The position numbers were made by a program, and so were the translations under genes. Shown here in pieces: positions 35,721 through 44,588 of a DNA stretch of 64,000 nt. Numbering within the stretch: position 1 is the stretch's first letter; every line of letters starts with the position of its first letter. A model generated the notes under the pieces. It was not told where the DNA came from. It searched no databases and saw nothing but the letters and a program-made list of their open reading frames with translations. This DNA is from Candidatus Aldehydirespiratoraceae bacterium (lineage in GTDB: Bacteria > Actinomycetota > Acidimicrobiia > Acidimicrobiales > Aldehydirespiratoraceae), in the NCBI GenBank assembly GCA_047639555.1, contig JBLIOE010000019.1, forward strand, positions 714 through 64,713, written 5' to 3'.

Positions 35721-36271
35721 CAGTTCTCTCCACTGAGGACGGTGGGGTCTTGGTCCGGTTGGTGCAGGACGATATAGGGGACTTCGGGGCTCGGCTCCGG
35801 GGCGATGGCGAACAGCAGCGCTTCGGCTTCGGCCCGATCGGTCTCGCTGAATGGTCGCGTCATGACAGCGAATTCGACCGCGATTCCGTCGGGGTCTTCG
35901 GTGTAGATCGAGTGGATCCATCCGTGATCGATCTCGAGCACGGCGAGGCCTCCATCGAGCCATCGCTGTTTCTTCTCCGCGATGTCGTCGAGGTCGTCGG
36001 CCTGGAACGCGATGTGGTTGGTGAGTGGATCGAGCCCCAGGTCGCGACAGATGTCGGTGGAGAACTCGCCGGCGCCCTTGTCGCTCGCGAGATCCCAGAA
36101 GGCGATCAGCTGGCCGTCGTTGTCGCCGGTCGAATAGAACGCGTGACGAGCGAAGCCATCGTCCTTCGGCACGATCTCCGTCTTCACGAGTTCGAAGCCC
36201 ATCGAGTCGGTGTAAAAGCGATGGGTAGCCGCCATATCTTTGACGGCAATCGCCAGGTGGTTGATGCCCAT
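35720..36271 (-). CDS. VOC (glyoxalase/bleomycin-resistance/dioxygenase) family protein
   Basis: INHLAIAVKDMAATHRFYTDSMGFELV...NHIAFQADDLDD...SIYTEDPDGIAVEF. Confidence 0.8.
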   Translation of the reverse strand: MGINHLAIAVKDMAATHRFYTDSMGFELVKTEIVPKDDGFARHAFYSTGDNDGQLIAFWDLASDKGAGEFSTDICRDLGLDPLTNHIAFQADDLDDIAEKKQRWLDGGLAVLEIDHGWIHSIYTEDPDGIAVEFAVMTRPFSETDRAEAEALLFAIAPEPSPEVPYIVLHQPDQDPTVLSGEN

Positions 36272-37194
36272 TAGCGAGTCTCCTCTTCGGTCGCACGACT
36301 TGGGTTGGTGCCGTAGAGCGTTGAGCGCTCCTCATACTCAGGCCAGCCGACGAGCGCTCGGGCATCGTCGAATGTCACGCGGGCGGCCGAGTCGGATGTG
36401 CCGCTACGAAGCCCTTGGGCGGCCTGCTGCATCGCATTGATGCTGTGCAGCAGCATCGTGACCGGATACAACACGACGGAGTAGCCGAGGTCGGTGAGTG
36501 TGGCCTCGGTGAGCCAGGGCGTGCGGCCATCCTCCACGAGATTCGCCGTCTTCGCGCCGGGCACCTCGGTGCAATAACGAGCCATCTGTTCCTCAGACTC
36601 TGGCGCCTCGAGGAACGTGATGTCGGCGCCTGCTTCGGCGAAGGCGACGGCGCGGGTGAGGGCTTCGTCGAAGCCGTCGGTGGCCACGGCGTCGGTGCGA
36701 GCCATCAACAAGATGTCGAGCCCATGTTCGTCTCGCACCGCGGCGGCCGCCCGAACTCGGGCGATGGCCTCGGCGCGGGGGACGACCTCCTTGCCGGACG
36801 TGTGACCGCAGCGCTTCGGCCACGCTTGATCCTCGATCATCACGCAGGCCGCGCCGGCACGGGCGTAGCCGAGCAACGATCGCTGGGCGTTCACCCCGTT
36901 GCCGTAGCCCGTATCGGCGTCGGCAATCAATGGGAGGGATGTGGCGGCGGCAACATCGGCCGTTTGGGCCACCATCTCGCCGTACGACATCAGGCCCACG
37001 TCGGGAAGGCCGAGCCGTCCCGCAGCGACCGAGAATCCGCCGAGGAAAGCGCACTCGAAGCCTGCCTCTTCCACAATTCGGACGGAGAGTGCGTCGTAGC
37101 AACCGGGTGCCGCAAGGACACCAGGCTCGGACAGACGTTGACGAAGCCGGGCGGCACCCGAAGTGGCAGCCGGAAAGAGCGTGCTTGACCCCAT
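36271..37194 (-). CDS. Isocitrate lyase/PEP mutase superfamily enzyme (methylisocitrate lyase / oxaloacetate decarboxylase-like)
   Basis: PGCYDALSVRIVEEAGFE...ADADTGYGN...ACVMIEDQAWPKRCGH...ARTDA. Confidence 0.8.
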   Translation of the reverse strand: MGSSTLFPAATSGAARLRQRLSEPGVLAAPGCYDALSVRIVEEAGFECAFLGGFSVAAGRLGLPDVGLMSYGEMVAQTADVAAATSLPLIADADTGYGNGVNAQRSLLGYARAGAACVMIEDQAWPKRCGHTSGKEVVPRAEAIARVRAAAAVRDEHGLDILLMARTDAVATDGFDEALTRAVAFAEAGADITFLEAPESEEQMARYCTEVPGAKTANLVEDGRTPWLTEATLTDLGYSVVLYPVTMLLHSINAMQQAAQGLRSGTSDSAARVTFDDARALVGWPEYEERSTLYGTNPSRATEEETR

Positions 37195-37304
37195 GAGCAG
37201 GACCCTAGGCGGTCATATGAGACGACGACTTCTTGCGGATTCGCAGTCACCCTTTCCTGACCCCGGCTGCGTTGAGTGGCCGCGGGGGTTCTACACTCCT
37301 TCTC

Positions 37305-37430
37305 ATGACTGCAGTTGTTTGGCATTTCTGGATCGCTGTCCCGCTCGCGGCGGGCGTCTTGTTGATCGCAATCTTGCTGATCGCGGGCTACGTCGGCACC
37401 GTAAGCCGCGCCCGCTACCCGCGGGACTAA
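37305..37430 (+). CDS. Possible small membrane protein (41 aa)
   Basis: MTAVVWHFWIAVPLAAGVLLIAILLIAGYVGTVSRARYPRD. TACACT lies 7 nt upstream of the ATG, so it may be leaderless. No family recognised. Confidence 0.35.
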   Translation: MTAVVWHFWIAVPLAAGVLLIAILLIAGYVGTVSRARYPRD

Positions 37431-37439
37431 GGCAGATCC

Positions 37440-38513
37440 TTGGCCGCTGATCCTGTCGACTGGGACGTTGCCCGCACCGTTGCGCGCAAGGTTGCCGGCA
37501 AAGAGCCGTTCTCGCGACCGGAATTTCGTGACGGGCTCGAAGAGGATTTCGATCGGTACACCGCCATGGCGGAAGACTTGGTCGCCGCGGAAACCGGTCT
37601 GCGCTCACTGAGCGGCAACGCCCGTGGCCGCGTGACTGATCGCAATGGTTGGATCGACGCCAACCTCGCGTCGTTTCAGCGTCTGCTTCGTCCGATCACC
37701 ACGAAGTTGGGCGAGAAGCTCGAGGACGGCTCCGGCCCGAACCTGGGCGGCAAGATTGCCGGCGCCGAGCTGGGCATGATGCTTGGCTGGATGTCCACCC
37801 GTGTCCTCGGCCAATACGATCTGCTCGTCATCGAAGACGAGAAGCCCGACGAACAAGACATCGTCTACTACGTGGCTCCCAACGTGCTGGCGCTCGAGCG
37901 CCGATACGCCTTCCCGCCGCAAGAATTCCGTCTGTGGCTCGCACTGCATGAGGTCACCCATCGCGCCCAGTTCACGGGTGTGCCTTGGATGCGGGAGCAC
38001 TTCCTTGGTTTGGTGAACTCCACAATGGACTCGGTCGACCCCGACCCCCAACGTTTCATGGCGGCGATTCAGCGCATGATGGAGGCCCGTAAGCGGGGCG
38101 AAGACCCGATGGATCAGGGCGGGATGATGGCGCTTTTCGCCTCCGAGGAACAGCTCACCGTGATCAACGAAGTCGCCGGTCTGATGTCGCTGCTTGAGGG
38201 ACACGGCGACGTCACCATGGACCGCGCCGGTAAGGGCCTGGTGCCCTCTCAAGAACGGTTCGCTCGCGTGCTGCGCCAACGCCGCCAGAACTCGAGCGGG
38301 TTCACCAAGGTCTTCCAGAAACTGGCGGGCCTGGAAGCAAAGATCAAGCAGTACGCCGAGGGTGAGCACTTCATTTCGGTGGTTGAAGACCATGGCGGCG
38401 CTGACCTTCTCGATCGCGCCTGGGCCGAACCGATCAACGTGCCTTCGATCGCGGAGATCCGCGAACCTGAGCTGTGGATCGCCCGCGTGGGCGCTCGCAA
38501 CACCGCTGCCTGA
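37440..38513 (+). CDS. Zinc-dependent metalloprotease, DUF2342-like (HExxH)
   Basis: LALHEVTHRAQF zinc motif. TTG start. Conserved position upstream of tilS-hpt in actinobacteria. Confidence 0.7.
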   Translation: MAADPVDWDVARTVARKVAGKEPFSRPEFRDGLEEDFDRYTAMAEDLVAAETGLRSLSGNARGRVTDRNGWIDANLASFQRLLRPITTKLGEKLEDGSGPNLGGKIAGAELGMMLGWMSTRVLGQYDLLVIEDEKPDEQDIVYYVAPNVLALERRYAFPPQEFRLWLALHEVTHRAQFTGVPWMREHFLGLVNSTMDSVDPDPQRFMAAIQRMMEARKRGEDPMDQGGMMALFASEEQLTVINEVAGLMSLLEGHGDVTMDRAGKGLVPSQERFARVLRQRRQNSSGFTKVFQKLAGLEAKIKQYAEGEHFISVVEDHGGADLLDRAWAEPINVPSIAEIREPELWIARVGARNTAA

Positions 38514-38514
38514 G

Positions 38515-39393
38515 ATGACCCCGGTCGAGCTACTCGACCGGTGCGACTTCCCCGCGACTGCGGGCCGACTGAATCTCGGTGTGAGTGGCGGCGCCGACAG
38601 CATGGCGATGGCACTGCTCGCCCGAGCGGCCGGACGCGACATCGTGATGTGGCACGTCCACCATGGCCTTCGAGCGGAGGCCGACGATGATGCTGAACTG
38701 GTCGCGAAAAAGGCGGCCGAATGGGGTGTCCCGTTCGAGCTCCGTCGGATCGATCTCGAGCCCGGCCCGGATCTCGAAGGGCGCGCCCGTGAGGCCCGGT
38801 ATCGCGCTCTCCCGGCCGACGTCTGTGTCGGTCACACGGCCGACGACCGAGCCGAGACGGTCCTGCTGAACCTGCTGCGGGGGGCGGGGCTCGCTGGCGT
38901 TGCTGCCCGCCTCGATCGTGTTCATCGTCCGATTCGCCAGCTTCGCCGGGCCGACACGGTGGCGCTGTGCGCGGCCATGGAAATCATGGTCGTTGACGAC
39001 GCGATGAACCACGACGCTCGTTTTCGCCGGGTGATCGTGCGCGACCAGGTGCTCCCGCTCCTTGCGGAAGGTTTTGATCGAGATCCGGTACCACTTTTGA
39101 ACCGCCACGCCGACCTCGTGGCCGATGCCCTGGAGGTTGTACAGGCGGCGGCGGCGGCGATCGACGCGACCGATGTGCACTCGCTGCGGACGGCGCCGCG
39201 AGCGGTGGCGACCGAAGCCATCCGCCAGTGGATCGCGGGAGATCTCGGATCGATCGACGGTGTCGACCTTGCGGCGATCGACCGGGTGTTGCTGGTGGTC
39301 GATGGCACCCATCTCGCGACGGAGTTGCCGGGTGGCCATCGGGTGGCGCGGACCGGTGGCGTTCTGCGCATCGAACCCGTCGTGCGGCAGTAA
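38515..39393 (+). CDS. tilS: tRNA(Ile)-lysidine synthetase
   Basis: LGVSGGADSMAM PP-loop, HVHHGLR, GHTADDRAETVLLNLLRG. The ATG at 38515 lies 1 nt after the upstream stop. Confidence 0.85.
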   Translation: MTPVELLDRCDFPATAGRLNLGVSGGADSMAMALLARAAGRDIVMWHVHHGLRAEADDDAELVAKKAAEWGVPFELRRIDLEPGPDLEGRAREARYRALPADVCVGHTADDRAETVLLNLLRGAGLAGVAARLDRVHRPIRQLRRADTVALCAAMEIMVVDDAMNHDARFRRVIVRDQVLPLLAEGFDRDPVPLLNRHADLVADALEVVQAAAAAIDATDVHSLRTAPRAVATEAIRQWIAGDLGSIDGVDLAAIDRVLLVVDGTHLATELPGGHRVARTGGVLRIEPVVRQ

Positions 39394-39403
39394 GGTCCGG
39401 CAA

Positions 39404-39937
39404 ATGGGCGTACCAAAAGGAACACTCGGCGCGACCGTGATCGCCGCCGACGAACTCGCGGCTCGGGTGAAAGAACTCGGCCGCCAGATCACCGAGGACT
39501 ATGCCGACCGACAACCGCTGCTTGTGGGCGTTCTGAAGGGTGCGTTCATCTTCATGAGCGACCTGGGTCGATCCATCGGACGTCCGGTTGAGTTCGATTT
39601 CATGGCGGTGTCGTCCTACGGCGACTCCACGAGCACCAGTGGTGTGGTTCGTATTGTGAAGGACCTCGAGACCGATATCCGCGGCCGCGATGTGATCCTC
39701 GTCGAGGACATCGTCGATTCCGGTCTGACACTGCGTTACCTGCGACAGCTGCTCGAAGACCGTGAGCCCGCGAGCCTTGAAGTGTGTGCCCTGCTCGTGC
39801 GCGAGGGCGCCCGATCCGACGATGTGAAGTATGTCGGCTTCCCGATTCCGCCCGACTTTGTTGTCGGTTACGGCCTCGATGTCGCACAGCATTATCGAGA
39901 ACTTGACTCGATCCGGGTCTTCGAACCCGGAGAATGA
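39404..39937 (+). CDS. hpt: Hypoxanthine-guanine phosphoribosyltransferase
   Basis: [16 protein letters not shown] and [14 protein letters not shown] (PRPP motif). ATG at 39404. Confidence 0.9.
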   Translation: MGVPKGTLGATVIAADELAARVKELGRQITEDYADRQPLLVGVLKGAFIFMSDLGRSIGRPVEFDFMAVSSYGDSTSTSGVVRIVKDLETDIRGRDVILVEDIVDSGLTLRYLRQLLEDREPASLEVCALLVREGARSDDVKYVGFPIPPDFVVGYGLDVAQHYRELDSIRVFEPGE

Positions 39938-39962
39938 GCCTCGGCTCGCTAGCTTTCGAGGC

Positions 39963-40595
39963 GTGAGTCACACACTTGACGACGATTTCGAATCCGACCG
40001 TCCACTGATCGACGGCATCCATGCCCCCGAGGTTGACCAGCCGCGTATCGCGGCTGCGGTCAGAGAGATTCTTGAGGCCATTGGCGAAGACCCCGAACGT
40101 GACGGTCTGCAAAACACCCCCAACCGGGTGGCGCGGATGTACGCCGAGGTATGTGCGGGGCTGCACCAAGAGCCAGCGGGCCACCTGAACACCACGTTCG
40201 AGGCGGGCCACGACGAGATGGTCATGGTCCGAGACATTCCGCTGTACTCCCTCTGTGAGCACCACCTCATTCCGTTCATGGGGAAGGCCCACGTCGCCTA
40301 CATCCCGAACGACACCGGCCGGGTCACGGGGCTCTCCAAGCTCGCCCGTTTGGTCGATGGCTTCGCCAAGCGCCCGCAGGTCCAGGAGCGGCTCACTCAA
40401 CAGGTCGCCGGGGCGATCGAGTCTGAGCTCGAACCGCGTGGCGTGCTCGTCGTGATCGAGGCCGAGCATCTCTGTATGTCGATGCGGGGCGTTCGGAAGC
40501 CCGGATCGAGCACCGTCACCTCCAGTGTCACCGGCATCTTCCGCGAAAACGTGGCCACTCGCGCTGAGGCCATGCGTTTCATCGAGCGACACTAA
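39963..40595 (+). CDS. folE: GTP cyclohydrolase I
   Basis: [51 protein letters not shown] at 39963; the track start 39831 overlaps hpt. Confidence 0.9.
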   Translation: MSHTLDDDFESDRPLIDGIHAPEVDQPRIAAAVREILEAIGEDPERDGLQNTPNRVARMYAEVCAGLHQEPAGHLNTTFEAGHDEMVMVRDIPLYSLCEHHLIPFMGKAHVAYIPNDTGRVTGLSKLARLVDGFAKRPQVQERLTQQVAGAIESELEPRGVLVVIEAEHLCMSMRGVRKPGSSTVTSSVTGIFRENVATRAEAMRFIERH

Positions 40596-40597
40596 GC

Positions 40598-41404
40598 GTG
40601 AACTCGCCGTCGATGACCCAAGTGATGGGCATCGTCAACGTCACGCCCGATTCGTTCTCCGACGGGGGTCGTTGGCTCGACACCGCAGCGGCGATCTCCC
40701 ATGCCCGCGCCCTCATTGACGAGGGGGCCGACCTGATCGACATCGGCGGCGAGAGCTCGCGACCGGGCTCCGTGCCGGTCGACGAAGCCACCGAGTTGGC
40801 CCGCACCATCCCGGTCATTGCCGCGCTCGCCGATTCGATCGGTGATGTCGAAATCTCAATCGACACCACGAAGCCGACCGTCGCCCGGGCCGCGGTCGCG
40901 GCGGGTGCCACGATCATCAACGACATCAGCGCCTCGCTCGAAGACATAGCGGCCGAAACGGGAGCCGGCTGGATCGCCATGCACAGCCTCGGCCCGAGCG
41001 CGACGATGCAAATTGATCCCCGCTACGACGATGTGGTCGAGGAGGTGGCGTCGTTCCTGGCCGCTGCTGTCGAGCGCGGGAAACGGGCCGGTGTGAAGCG
41101 GCTTTGGGTCGACCCCGGCATCGGGTTTGGCAAGACCACCGCTCACAACCTCGATTTGGTCGCGAATCTCGATCGTTTTTCAGAGATTGCGCCGGTGTTG
41201 GTCGGCGTGAGTCGGAAACGATTCGTGGGCGAAATTCACGCGGAATCTGACGGTATTTCAAGGGAAACACCGGTTACGGATGCCGACGATCGGCTGGAAG
41301 GATCGCTGGCGATCGCCGCGTGGGCCACACACTTGGGCGCCCACGTCGTCCGCGTGCACGATGTGCGGGCTACGGTCCACGCCGTGCGAGTTGTGCAGTC
41401 ATGA
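40598..41404 (+). CDS. folP: Dihydropteroate synthase
   Basis: VMGIVNVTPDSFSDGG, DIGGESSRPG, INDISA, DPGIGFGK. Confidence 0.9.
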   Translation: MNSPSMTQVMGIVNVTPDSFSDGGRWLDTAAAISHARALIDEGADLIDIGGESSRPGSVPVDEATELARTIPVIAALADSIGDVEISIDTTKPTVARAAVAAGATIINDISASLEDIAAETGAGWIAMHSLGPSATMQIDPRYDDVVEEVASFLAAAVERGKRAGVKRLWVDPGIGFGKTTAHNLDLVANLDRFSEIAPVLVGVSRKRFVGEIHAESDGISRETPVTDADDRLEGSLAIAAWATHLGAHVVRVHDVRATVHAVRVVQS

Positions 41405-42012
41405 GGGGCAAGTGGGCCCAAGGCATCGAACCGAGACATTTCCGTTGGATCGTGAAGGACCGCGTCGCGGTTTGTGAACGTCCCGGTGGGTATGGCGACA
41501 GCCATCGCAAGGTGCGCCGCCAAGAAGAGATCATCTGGCTTCGTCAGCATGAGTTCGACTTCGTGGTGTCGCTGATTGGTTCGACTCACAACCTGCACAA
41601 CTATGAAGAACTCGGCGTGCCGTTTCATCACGTGCCCTTCTCGGGAGCCGGCGATGGCCCGCTGGGCCTGACGCGGGCGATGGCCTCGATTCGTGACCAT
41701 GTCGAAAAGGGTCACAAGATCGTGATCCACCGAGAAGAACTCGGCGAGACCATCACGGGTCTGATCGGCGCCTACCTCCTGTGGATGGGGCTCGTTCCCG
41801 ACGGCCCGAAGGCGATCATGTTCACCGAACAGCTCTTCGAGCGCGAACTCGGCCCGAGAGCGCGTGAAATGGTGTCGATCGTTGGAAAATGCCAGCCGTC
41901 CGCCGAAGTTGAGGTTGACGCTTTCGCCCACGTCGCCGCCGCCGTCGAAGAGGAGCCCGCCGAGGGCGACGACACCGACAGCGACGATGCCGACAGCGCG
42001 GGCGACGACTGA
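41401..42012 (+). CDS. Phosphatase-fold (dual-specificity PTP-like) protein lacking the catalytic Cys/Arg, with acidic C-terminal tail
   Basis: VVSLI...YEELGVPFHHVPF...GHKIVIHREELGETITGLIGAYLLW resembles the DSP core, but the P-loop reads HREELGET instead of HCxxGxxR. ATGA overlap with folP. Tail EEEPAEGDDTDSDDADSAGDD. The fold call is by eye only. Confidence 0.45.
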   Translation: MRGKWAQGIEPRHFRWIVKDRVAVCERPGGYGDSHRKVRRQEEIIWLRQHEFDFVVSLIGSTHNLHNYEELGVPFHHVPFSGAGDGPLGLTRAMASIRDHVEKGHKIVIHREELGETITGLIGAYLLWMGLVPDGPKAIMFTEQLFERELGPRAREMVSIVGKCQPSAEVEVDAFAHVAAAVEEEPAEGDDTDSDDADSAGDD

Positions 42013-42018
42013 ACCGTC

Positions 42019-42387
42019 GTGGGATCCGCTGACGCCGTGATCCAGCTGCGAGGCCTGCGGTGTATGTGCATCTGCGGTGCCCTCCCCGAAGAACAAGATC
42101 GCCGCCAGCCCTACGAGTTCGATATCGACCTGATTGCCGATCTTCCGGCCACTGAGTCCGACGACCTCAACGACACGATCGACTATGGCGGCGTGCTCAA
42201 CCGCATTGAGGCGGTCACGCTCGACGAGTCGTTCCAACTCTTCGAACGTATGGCACAACGTGTGGCCGAGGCCGTCCTCGAAGATGAACGCATCGAGCAG
42301 GTCACCGTGGAGGTTCGAAAGCTCCGCCCACCGGTGGCCCAAGATGTTGCGTCGAGCGGGATGCGGCTCACCCGTCGAAGGGGATGA
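42019..42387 (+). CDS. folB: Dihydroneopterin aldolase
   Basis: IQLRGLRCMCICGALPEEQDRRQPYEFDIDL...TIDYGGV...VTVEVRKLRPP. Confidence 0.85.
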   Translation: MGSADAVIQLRGLRCMCICGALPEEQDRRQPYEFDIDLIADLPATESDDLNDTIDYGGVLNRIEAVTLDESFQLFERMAQRVAEAVLEDERIEQVTVEVRKLRPPVAQDVASSGMRLTRRRG

Positions 42388-43601
42388 CCGATACTCGCCG
42401 AGCGTTTCTTGCGCTGGGATCCAATATCGGTGATCGAGTCAGCCACCTCCGCGAGGCAGTCGAACGTATTCCCGATGTCGTCGCGGTCTCGGCGGTCTAC
42501 GAGACCCCACCGATCAGCGACGTGGCCCAAGACGCCTTCTTGAACATGGTGGTGCGGCTCGACACGGCTCTCAGCCCCCACGAGCTGCTGGATGTCTGCC
42601 GGCGTTGCGAAACGTCGGCGGATCGGGTGCGGGTGGTGCATTGGGGGCCGCGCACACTCGATGTTGATGTGTTGTGGGTCGATGGTGAAACAGTCGACGA
42701 TCCGCCCGATCTCTTCGTACCGCACCCGCGGATGTTTGAGCGTTCGTTCGTGTTGGTGCCGCTCGCCGATGTCGGTGCCGATCTGTTGCCGACCGGATAC
42801 GACGTTGACGCGGTGGCTGCCGCGGACGGTATTGGACGAGTTGGCTCGATCGATCAGCTCGATACGGAGCGAATCCAGCTTGTCACCCACATCGTGGGCG
42901 CCGGCCGAGCCGGCACCGCGCTGGCCGCGGCGTTGGGAACGGCGGGCTGGCCCGAACCTCGACTCTTCGGTCGAAACGTCCCGATCGCCGGAATTGGGAA
43001 GGGCGCCGATCTCGTGATTATTGCCACCCCCGACGAAGTGATTGGCGAAGTCGCCGCGTCACTTCCAGTCTCGGGCGATCGAGTGGTTGCCCACCTCTCC
43101 GGTTCACTGGGACTCGCGGTTCTGGCCGATCATCCTCGAGCGGCGACCCTCCATCCGCTGGTCTCAATGGCCGACGCCGCCACCGGGGCCGAACGACTCC
43201 GCGGCGCGTGGTTTGCCGTCGCCGGTGATCCTCGGATCGGTGCGGTCGTCGATGCCCTCGGAGGTCGTTCCATTCGTGTCGCCGACGAGGATCGCGCCGC
43301 CTACCACGCCGCCGCGGTGGTGGCTTCGAATCACCTCGTGGCGTTGCTGGGTCAGGCGGAGCGAATCGCGGCGACTGTTGGCGTGCCCTTCGAGGCACTT
43401 CTCGATCTCGTGAACTCCTCGGTCGCGAATGTTGCCGCGCTCGGTCCCGCCTCGGCTCTCACTGGGCCGGCGGCACGAGGTGACGAAGCCACGATCGAGC
43501 GTCATGTCGCTGCGCTCGACGAGAGCGAGCGGGCCACCTACCTCGCAATGGCCGACGAGGCCCGCCGACTGGCGGGTCGACCCTCTGCGGACGACTCGTA
43601 A
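42384..43601 (+). CDS. folK: Fusion protein: HPPK (FolK) N-terminal domain plus Rossmann/DUF2520-like oxidoreductase C-terminal domain
   Basis: N-terminus AFLALGSNIGDR...WGPRTLDVDVL...VPHPRMFERSFVLVPL is HPPK. From ~aa 165, IVGAGRAGTALAAALG (GxGxxG) ...AAYHAAAVVASNHLVALL...LTGPAARGD resembles the DUF2520 protein that precedes panC in mycobacteria. A single uninterrupted 405-aa ORF. Confidence 0.8.
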   Translation: MTDTRRAFLALGSNIGDRVSHLREAVERIPDVVAVSAVYETPPISDVAQDAFLNMVVRLDTALSPHELLDVCRRCETSADRVRVVHWGPRTLDVDVLWVDGETVDDPPDLFVPHPRMFERSFVLVPLADVGADLLPTGYDVDAVAAADGIGRVGSIDQLDTERIQLVTHIVGAGRAGTALAAALGTAGWPEPRLFGRNVPIAGIGKGADLVIIATPDEVIGEVAASLPVSGDRVVAHLSGSLGLAVLADHPRAATLHPLVSMADAATGAERLRGAWFAVAGDPRIGAVVDALGGRSIRVADEDRAAYHAAAVVASNHLVALLGQAERIAATVGVPFEALLDLVNSSVANVAALGPASALTGPAARGDEATIERHVAALDESERATYLAMADEARRLAGRPSADDS

Positions 43602-43610
43602 GATCGACTC

Positions 43611-44468
43611 GTGGACATCTTCACGACGATCGATTCGCTTCGCACTCGCCTCGACGCTGACCGAGGCGCGGGGCGGTCAATCGGCTTCGTCCCCACGATG
43701 GGTTTCCTCCACGACGGGCACGTGTCGTTGATCGACGCGTCGGTGGCCGCCAACGACCGCACGGTGGTGTCGATCTTTGTCAATCCGCTGCAGTTCGCGC
43801 TCGGCGAGGATCTCGAGGACTATCCGCGTGACCTTGAGGCCGATCTCTCCCTGGTCGAGGCCGCCAGGGCCGATTATGTATTCGCGCCATCAATCGACGA
43901 GATGTACCCCTCAGAGGTCGACACGGTCGTGACGGTCCCCGGTGTTGCTGCGCCCCTGGAGGGAGTGCATCGCCCGACCCACTTTGCCGGCGTGGCCACG
44001 GTGGTGGCGAAGCTCTTCTCGATCGTCGGTGCCTGCCAAGCGTATTTCGGAGCCAAGGACTGGCAGCAGGTCTCCGTCGTGCGTCGAATGGTGGCGGACC
44101 TCAGCATGCCGGTGACGGTCGTTCCCTGCCCGATCGTTCGCGAAGCCGACGGCCTCGCCATGTCGAGTCGCAACGTGTATCTCACCGACGCCGAGCGCGC
44201 CGTTGCCCCCGCGCTGCGGGCCGCCCTCGATGCCGGTCTGGTTCTGCTCACACAGGGCGAGCGCGAAGCGTCGGCCATCGAGATCGAGATGCGCCGCGTG
44301 CTTGCGGCGCGAGCTCCGAGTGGCACGGTGGACTATTCCGCGGCGGTGCCCGCCCACACCCTGGTGTCCGACGGCCCGCTGCAGGGCGAGGTCCGTCTCC
44401 TGCTGGCGGTGAAGTTCCAGAAGGCCCGTCTTATCGACAATGACGGCACAGTGATCGCGGACCTCTAG
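43611..44468 (+). CDS. panC: Pantoate--beta-alanine ligase
   Basis: GFVPTMGFLHDGHVSLI, SIFVNPLQF, MSSRNVYL. GTG start. Confidence 0.9.
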   Translation: MDIFTTIDSLRTRLDADRGAGRSIGFVPTMGFLHDGHVSLIDASVAANDRTVVSIFVNPLQFALGEDLEDYPRDLEADLSLVEAARADYVFAPSIDEMYPSEVDTVVTVPGVAAPLEGVHRPTHFAGVATVVAKLFSIVGACQAYFGAKDWQQVSVVRRMVADLSMPVTVVPCPIVREADGLAMSSRNVYLTDAERAVAPALRAALDAGLVLLTQGEREASAIEIEMRRVLAARAPSGTVDYSAAVPAHTLVSDGPLQGEVRLLLAVKFQKARLIDNDGTVIADL

Positions 44469-44588
44469 GAGAGTTCCAACCTGGCGGCGCGACCTACCCG
44501 CTGACGTCGATCTCCATGTCTGCCGGGCAGTCTCTCGCCGACGCATGATCGTCCCGCGTGTTGGTGAACCGTCGCGTACGCTCGCTCC

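Noticed and set aside
35721-36365. N-terminal 215 aa of the 428-aa track ORF 35079..36365(-)
   Set aside because: This part is an Arg-rich read-through overlapping the VOC gene in a different frame. The real CMD-family gene starts at the ATG at 35720, which forms an ATGA overlap with the VOC stop.
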